Shown here: positions 9,798 to 15,007 of the stretch, in pieces
Numbering within the stretch: position 1 is the stretch's first letter
How the letters are laid out: each line of letters begins with the position of its first letter
From: Paraphysomonas bandaiensis
Lineage: Eukaryota > Protista > Chrysophyceae
Direction: 5' to 3'
Length of the DNA stretch: 15,007 nucleotides
Assembly: GCA_965644295.1 (NCBI GenBank)
Contig: CBFFRP010000456.1
Span: 1 to 15,007 of the forward strand
Notes under the pieces: model-generated
What the model saw: the letters and a program-made list of their open reading frames with translations, nothing else
Databases searched by the model: none
What the model was told of the DNA's origin: nothing
Program-made: the position numbers and the translations under genes

Positions 9798-11227
9798 ATG
9801 TATCGTAAACTACTCATATGTGCATTCTTCGCTTTACTCGCTTACCTAGCGAACGAATATCTCCGAAGACACTGGCTATTCATCTACCCTCATCCATCTG
9901 ACTTTCAACACACTGCAAAAATCATAGAGAGGCCCATACCCACTACATACTATGATATTGATAAACTAGGAGATGTTCTAACTACTGTAAGTTATATATA
10001 TGTATATAGGTGTATATGTATACTTTTCTATACTATATTCGCGTACTGTGTATGTATAGGCATATGTATGCACTCTTCTCATATATTCACATACTTTATA
10101 TGCATATGAACACACACTTCTCTCATACATTCACTTCCGGTGTATATGTATGCATATGTACGCACACTTCTCTCATATATTCACATACTTGATATGCATA
10201 TGTATGTATAGCTCACGCATACATTCACTTACTTTTGTTTTTAGTGGGACGATTCTTTTCAATTATACAGAGTTAGAGATGGACAAAAATTCGAATTTGA
10301 TTATATGAATACCATAAAATTTCCAGTTTTAGCTCATCGTATTCCTGAAAAAATGAGACCACAATCAACATTATGTTCCCCTCCATTTCATATACATGAA
10401 CCTCCAGTAGAAAAAAATACAACTGATATATTTTCTGATCCAGGATGGTATGCTAGTTTTGCTAAAATGTCTCCAAAAGATGCAGAAAATATGTTTAATC
10501 TTCTGAAACTACCATTTTCTGTATCAGAGAGTGAAAAAGAACATGGTTTTATATCTAATTTTAATAAACCTATGCTTACATGTAAGTAGTGTTAGATACT
10601 TATAGAATACATTCTAATTATTTATGTATATATGTATTATATACAGCACCTATTCATGCTACTCCTATGGTACTTAGTATGGCAGTTCAACTGATTGGGA
10701 GTAAATCATGGGTGTTCGGTAAGTCTTTTTTGTTATGTGATATATTTCCATATATATATAGAACTCAACTACTATTCTGTACAGTTAAACCGGATGATTA
10801 TCGTGGTGATGATATGTGGTCGGCTATGCCGGTAGCCTCTACTATGCGGCCGCAGCGTGTTCCGAAGGGTGAATTCGAGGTGTGGTTTTACACATCCCAA
10901 CCTGGTGATGTACTCTTCTTCCCTGAGTCCTGGGGGCATATTGTGTACACTCATCCTGGCCCTTGCGTGCTCATGAACTACCGGAATCTAATTCCAAACA
11001 ACTTTCTGCGACAACCGATTACCTATATGACTGCCCTCGTCAACCAACTACTATTCGGTCGTCCTCCTACCCAGAAGACTGACAAGAATGAGTGGCCTGC
11101 TCCTGAAATGAGATTCAACCAAGAAATCGCGAAGCGCATTGACGATGCGCTATGTTCGAACAACTCGCTTACTCCTTTCGACAAAAGCATGATTGACTAT
11201 ATTCGGAAGAAGACAGGGGATGCATAG
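9798..11227 (+). CDS. JmjC/cupin-fold protein with N-terminal signal/anchor; exons 9798-9986, 10245-10581, 10647-10718, 10785-11227; ~346 aa
   Basis: Three gtaagt...ag introns give a continuous 1041-nt frame. Motifs SPIHAT...VQLIGSKSWVFV and QPGDVLFFPESWGHIVYT fit the JmjC/cupin pattern (GxKxW; PGDxLFxPxxWxHxV). Hydrophobic N-terminus. Confidence 0.82.
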
Positions 11228-11782
11228 ATGGAAGTATCAGTGTATTACTAAAAAATGTGACTTCTTGACACTATTGATGGTGGTTTGAGAGTCAAGTATT
11301 GTAAGTTGCACATACTTTTTTTGTTCTGTGGTACACAAGTATTCCTTAAATTTAAGAGGTAATCGTCCTATTTTTTAATATTTTGAAAGGCCCGATGAGT
11401 CCTTGATAATTGGTCTTGCCTTTGTTTTTTTACACTTTTATAACTTTGAGGTGTAGAATGTAGAATCTGTTGAGTTTTGCTGTTTAAGCAATTATAAGCT
11501 GTAATTCTAAGATATTGGAATTATGACGGTTAGTCGAAGAACACAGTATAATATATACATTATACATTACAAGTAGGAAATACTATAAAAGCGAGTATAA
11601 TGCAGATCTGTATCATGAATGAAAAGACAAAGTATGTATTCAATTAAAATAACACATAGTACAGAGTAAAAATTAACGGCAATTAATACCTAGAACCAAC
11701 AAATATACATACCACGACAAATACGAACCAAAGCAAAAACTAGCTCCCAACCACCTGCTAAGAAGCAGAAGCATTGTGCACT

Positions 11783-12782
11783 TCAGAAGTCTTCATCGCC
11801 AATCAGGGAAGTATCGTCATTGACTGTATCGTCATTGTTCAGACCAACGTCTTCCTTCTTCGGCTTCCTGAACGTTTGAACCATACTAACCTTTCATTCT
11901 TGAAGAAATCGAATCGCTGTCATTTGTCTGACAAATTTTGTCACCAGCTCACGCCGGGAATCCCGAATAGGGTTCATACCGTCGGTCGTTCTGGAGCAAA
12001 TCTCAGACGTCCACGCTGTGGAGGATCTAAAAGCATATACGAGCCCATATTTTTGACTTGATGCTGTCGTGGACTGATAGCCTTTTCAAAAGAATATGAC
12101 ATCAGTTGGTGCAATAATAAATACTTACCAATGCTTCAGCTAATTCCCGTCAGAATGATACAGTCGCCCACGAAGACTGTTTGGAAAACAACTGGGCGTG
12201 ACAGCATCTAATCTTAGTCTTCAAATTGCACGACAATTTGCGAATATACTTCATTCTTCATTACATACCTGCAATGATATTAGAAAAAGGTAATATATGT
12301 TATACGATATATATCATAAGATATCATAATAATTGATATGGTTGTTCAAAAAACACAAGATGCATCCAGTGTAATGATACTATGATATGTATGAAACCAC
12401 GGTGTACGATATATTAATACACGATGAAAGGATGGTATAATATATAATATGATGATATGTGATGCTATGGTTCATACATCATCTCTTTGTGATAAGCACG
12501 GAAGCCTGGAAGAGTGGAGAGTTATTCGGTGCTCTGGCGTCCAATGCTAAGCTCATTCGCTGTGAGAACCGTGCCCAATATCCTGGACTGGACTTTCTTG
12601 TGCCTGAAACTCTTGTAAATTGTCGAGTTGGATGAAGAGTTATATGAAGGCAACCTGGTTTGTCGAGGTGAAGCATCTGACTGTCCGGCGCCGAAGTTGT
12701 CGTTCACGATGGATCGCTGTTGACAGGGCTGTTTCTGAGCCCTTGCAGGCGCAGCAGATGCAGTTTGTTTTCGCGGGGGCAT
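11783..12782 (-). pseudogene. Probable disrupted spliced gene of unknown product
   Basis: MPPRKQ... start at 12782, intron-like 12128-12082 (gtaagt...aag), and a last segment 12081-11783 open except one TGA at 11896-11894, ending in an acidic tail. Other stops and frame shifts upstream. Confidence 0.35.
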
Positions 12783-13375
12783 CTCACAGTAAATTGTGGC
12801 ATTGAGTCACGATGGCATCACATGTTTGAAATTCAAATATTCACATACTCTCCGAATCATACTAACGCAGACACTTCCTCACACTTCACTCACTTCGCCT
12901 CTTCACTTCAGCTACAAGAAAGTACGAAGTTGGATAGGAGTGATATCCTTCGTACGGTAGTACACAGCACAGGGGTACACAGTACAGGGGTACATAGGTA
13001 CACAGTGGTATAGTGTACGTAGTAGTCTATACAACAATCTTCTACGTGATATACAGCAGTACCATACACAGTATATGGTACAGAGTACGACGCGGCCAGG
13101 CGTTGGATTCAGAAGCAACGCAAACAATGAGAATGGCAGCAGTGACCACTCCTCAGAATGTGATAGCAATTCCTGTACTGATTACAGCACGTCACTGGTA
13201 ACTCGCCTGATAATGACAATGACACATAATTAACATTGCGTGCTTATTGTTGATTGTAGGATGCACAGTCTACTTGTTTAGTAATGGTGTATATATATAC
13301 ATATATAGAAATAATCTAATAATAATAGATATATTATACTCTTGACCGCTGCGTTGCCACATCTCTATAGGTTCA

Positions 13376-13572
13376 GAATTCAGGTACCTACAGGTCTTTC
13401 GTCTTCTACCTATAGGCAGCGAGAAGCACTACCTATAGACAGTACCTAAGCCTGCGATTCCTATAGGTGGGGTCATTAGGCATGACTATAGGTGGGACCT
13501 ATTAGAAAGGTACCTATTAGGTACTTGCGGTGGGCCTATAGGTAGGCAGAGCGACCTATAGGTACCGAATTC
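13376..13572. mobile_element. Foldback/MITE-like element rich in CCTATAGG palindromic motifs
   Basis: GAATTCAGGTACCTACAGGTC at the left versus GACCTATAGGTACCGAATTC at the right (inverted; 1 indel, 1 mismatch). Inner inverted pair CTACCTATAGGC / GCCTATAGGTAG. No TSD identified. Confidence 0.55.
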
Positions 13573-13643
13573 GTCCCACCGATGGTTACAGACTATGGTT
13601 TAGTCTAAATACATATAACATATTCCAAATCTGTTGCCTTCTA

Positions 13644-14660
13644 CTAGCTATAATCGCTTCCGGTGGGGGTATCAGGCCGCCCAAAGTCTGCGCTGATGCA
13701 ATCTTGCATTGACACCGAGTAAGCCAAGGATAAAGCAGACTTGAGGTTACTGCAACGGTCCGCTGCAATCGAAAACAGCAAAGGAACCTCGCTGACTCGA
13801 TTGAGGTGCACTACGACAAAACACGAAACAAAATTGGTGAGTAGCACCGGCGGAGTGCGGTAATTGTTGTCCCCACATAGACCCAATAACTCGGTGCAAG
13901 CTTCACGCAGGCCAGACTGCAGTTCACTGGGGCGTGTCAAATCTTTTATAATCTCAATGGCAAACAAAACGTTGTGGCGGGCAATATCACCAAGGGGGTT
14001 TGCATCCATAATAACGATATCGGTTCTCCCTCTAACTTCTCCCCTGTATAGTACTTTCCCCTTCTTCTTATTGAATACATCGTATTCACGCAGAGTGAAG
14101 ATGGGTGTACTGAATAGAAGACCGTCCGCCAACCTTTGACCATTCCCAACAGCAGCACTCACCAATTGCACCTGTGTACTCGAACTGATGAATTCCTTGA
14201 AAGCCGCGCAGAATGGATCATACACAGATACTTCATCTGTGCAACCTGCCGGCCACGCCCATTTAAAGTTAAACCGCGAGAAATATTTTTCTGATGTGTA
14301 AATATCATTGCTGAGAACGGGGAAATCGATTTTGAGATGGTCCAATAGGGCTCTCAGATTCTTCTCTTTAGTTTGGGAAGCCGCTGACGGTGTCAAGACA
14401 ATGTGAACCACTGCGGCTGGTAGATGAGACAAAATCTGATGGAGCATCAAGCTTTGTCCCTGCTGGTTGCGTTCTATCTCCTGCAGATGTCGTTCCACCT
14501 CCTGCAGATGTCGTTCCACCTCCTGCTGGTTGCGTTCTATCTCCTGCTGATGTCGTTCCACCTTCTGCTGATGTCGTTCCACCTTCTGCTGATGTCGAAG
14601 ATTTAACACAAGAGCGAAAGTAACTACTCCAACAACAACATAAAACTGCCAGTCATCCAT
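13644..14660 (-). CDS. 338-aa protein: N-terminal TM, heptad coiled-coil repeats, C-terminal PD-(D/E)xK restriction-endonuclease-like domain (Crinkler-associated type)
   Basis: Intact ORF. FYVVVGVVTFALVL; HQQKVER-like 21-nt repeats (~14459-14598); GRTDIVI...FAIEIIK...EACTELLG...PPVLLTNF resembles REase-fold motifs. Family assigned by motif recognition only. Confidence 0.65.
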   Translation of the reverse strand: MDDWQFYVVVGVVTFALVLNLRHQQKVERHQQKVERHQQEIERNQQEVERHLQEVERHLQEIERNQQGQSLMLHQILSHLPAAVVHIVLTPSAASQTKEKNLRALLDHLKIDFPVLSNDIYTSEKYFSRFNFKWAWPAGCTDEVSVYDPFCAAFKEFISSSTQVQLVSAAVGNGQRLADGLLFSTPIFTLREYDVFNKKKGKVLYRGEVRGRTDIVIMDANPLGDIARHNVLFAIEIIKDLTRPSELQSGLREACTELLGLCGDNNYRTPPVLLTNFVSCFVVVHLNRVSEVPLLFSIAADRCSNLKSALSLAYSVSMQDCISADFGRPDTPTGSDYS

Positions 14661-14693
14661 TGCGTCAATTCGAATTGTGAGAGATTAGAAAAC

Positions 14694-14998
14694 TGTACGT
14701 ATGTACGTATGTATGTATGTATGTATGTATGTATGTATGTATGTATGTATGTATGTATGTATGTATGTATGTATGTATGTAGGTATGTAGGTATGTATGT
14801 ATGTATGTATGTATGTATGTATGTAGGTATGTATGTATGTAGGTATGTATGTATGTAGTAGGTATGTATGTATGTATGTATGTATGTATGTATGTATGTA
14901 TGTATGTATGTAGGTATGTAGGTATGTAGGTATGTAGGTATGTAGGTATGTATGTATGTATGTATGTATGTATGTATGTATGTATGTATGTATGTATG
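14694..14998. repeat. (TATG)n microsatellite with TAGG/TACG variants
   Basis: Directly visible. Confidence 0.98.
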
Positions 14999-15007
14999 TG
15001 TTACGAC
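14999..15007 (+). mobile_element. Probable terminus of a second element of the same family, truncated by the window end
   Basis: TGTTACGAC equals the first 9 nt of the TIR and immediately follows a (TATG)n tract, as at 2596. Confidence 0.65.

Noticed and set aside
12129-12170. F*RELAEAL resembling a piggyBac C-terminal motif
   Set aside because: Too short, with no DDD core, Cys-rich tail or TTAA-bounded TIRs to support it.
12950-13090. GTACACAG-type short repeats
   Set aside because: Short degenerate low-complexity sequence with no defined boundaries.
14645-14654. ACTGCCAGTC match to the palindrome core
   Set aside because: Only 10 bp, inside a coding start and not palindromic there; likely chance.

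Overview
Eukaryotic genomic DNA with GT-AG introns, probably from a stramenopile or similar protist (inference from the gene families). Three host genes are present: a 3-exon multi-pass membrane protein gene (315-2226, -), a 4-exon JmjC/cupin-like gene (9798-11227, +) and a single-exon TM/coiled-coil/PD-(D/E)xK-like gene (13644-14660, -). Each has a long (TATG)n microsatellite just upstream of its ATG. The main finding is a 6,842-bp mobile element (2596-9437) with perfect 22-bp terminal inverted repeats (TGTTACGACCCAAGAGAAAAAT) and a 4-bp flanking direct repeat (TATC), lying between two (TATG)n tracts. Its only intact recognisable gene is a spliced Crypton-like tyrosine recombinase with K-x-x-R in place of H-x-x-R. 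It also carries nested perfect palindromes with compensatory changes, an internal inverted copy of its left end, and a composite tandem array. The window's last 9 bases (TGTTACGAC) match the same terminus directly after a third (TATG)n tract, suggesting a microsatellite-associated, TIR-bearing tyrosine-recombinase transposon family. A small foldback/MITE-like element and decayed gene relics are also present.
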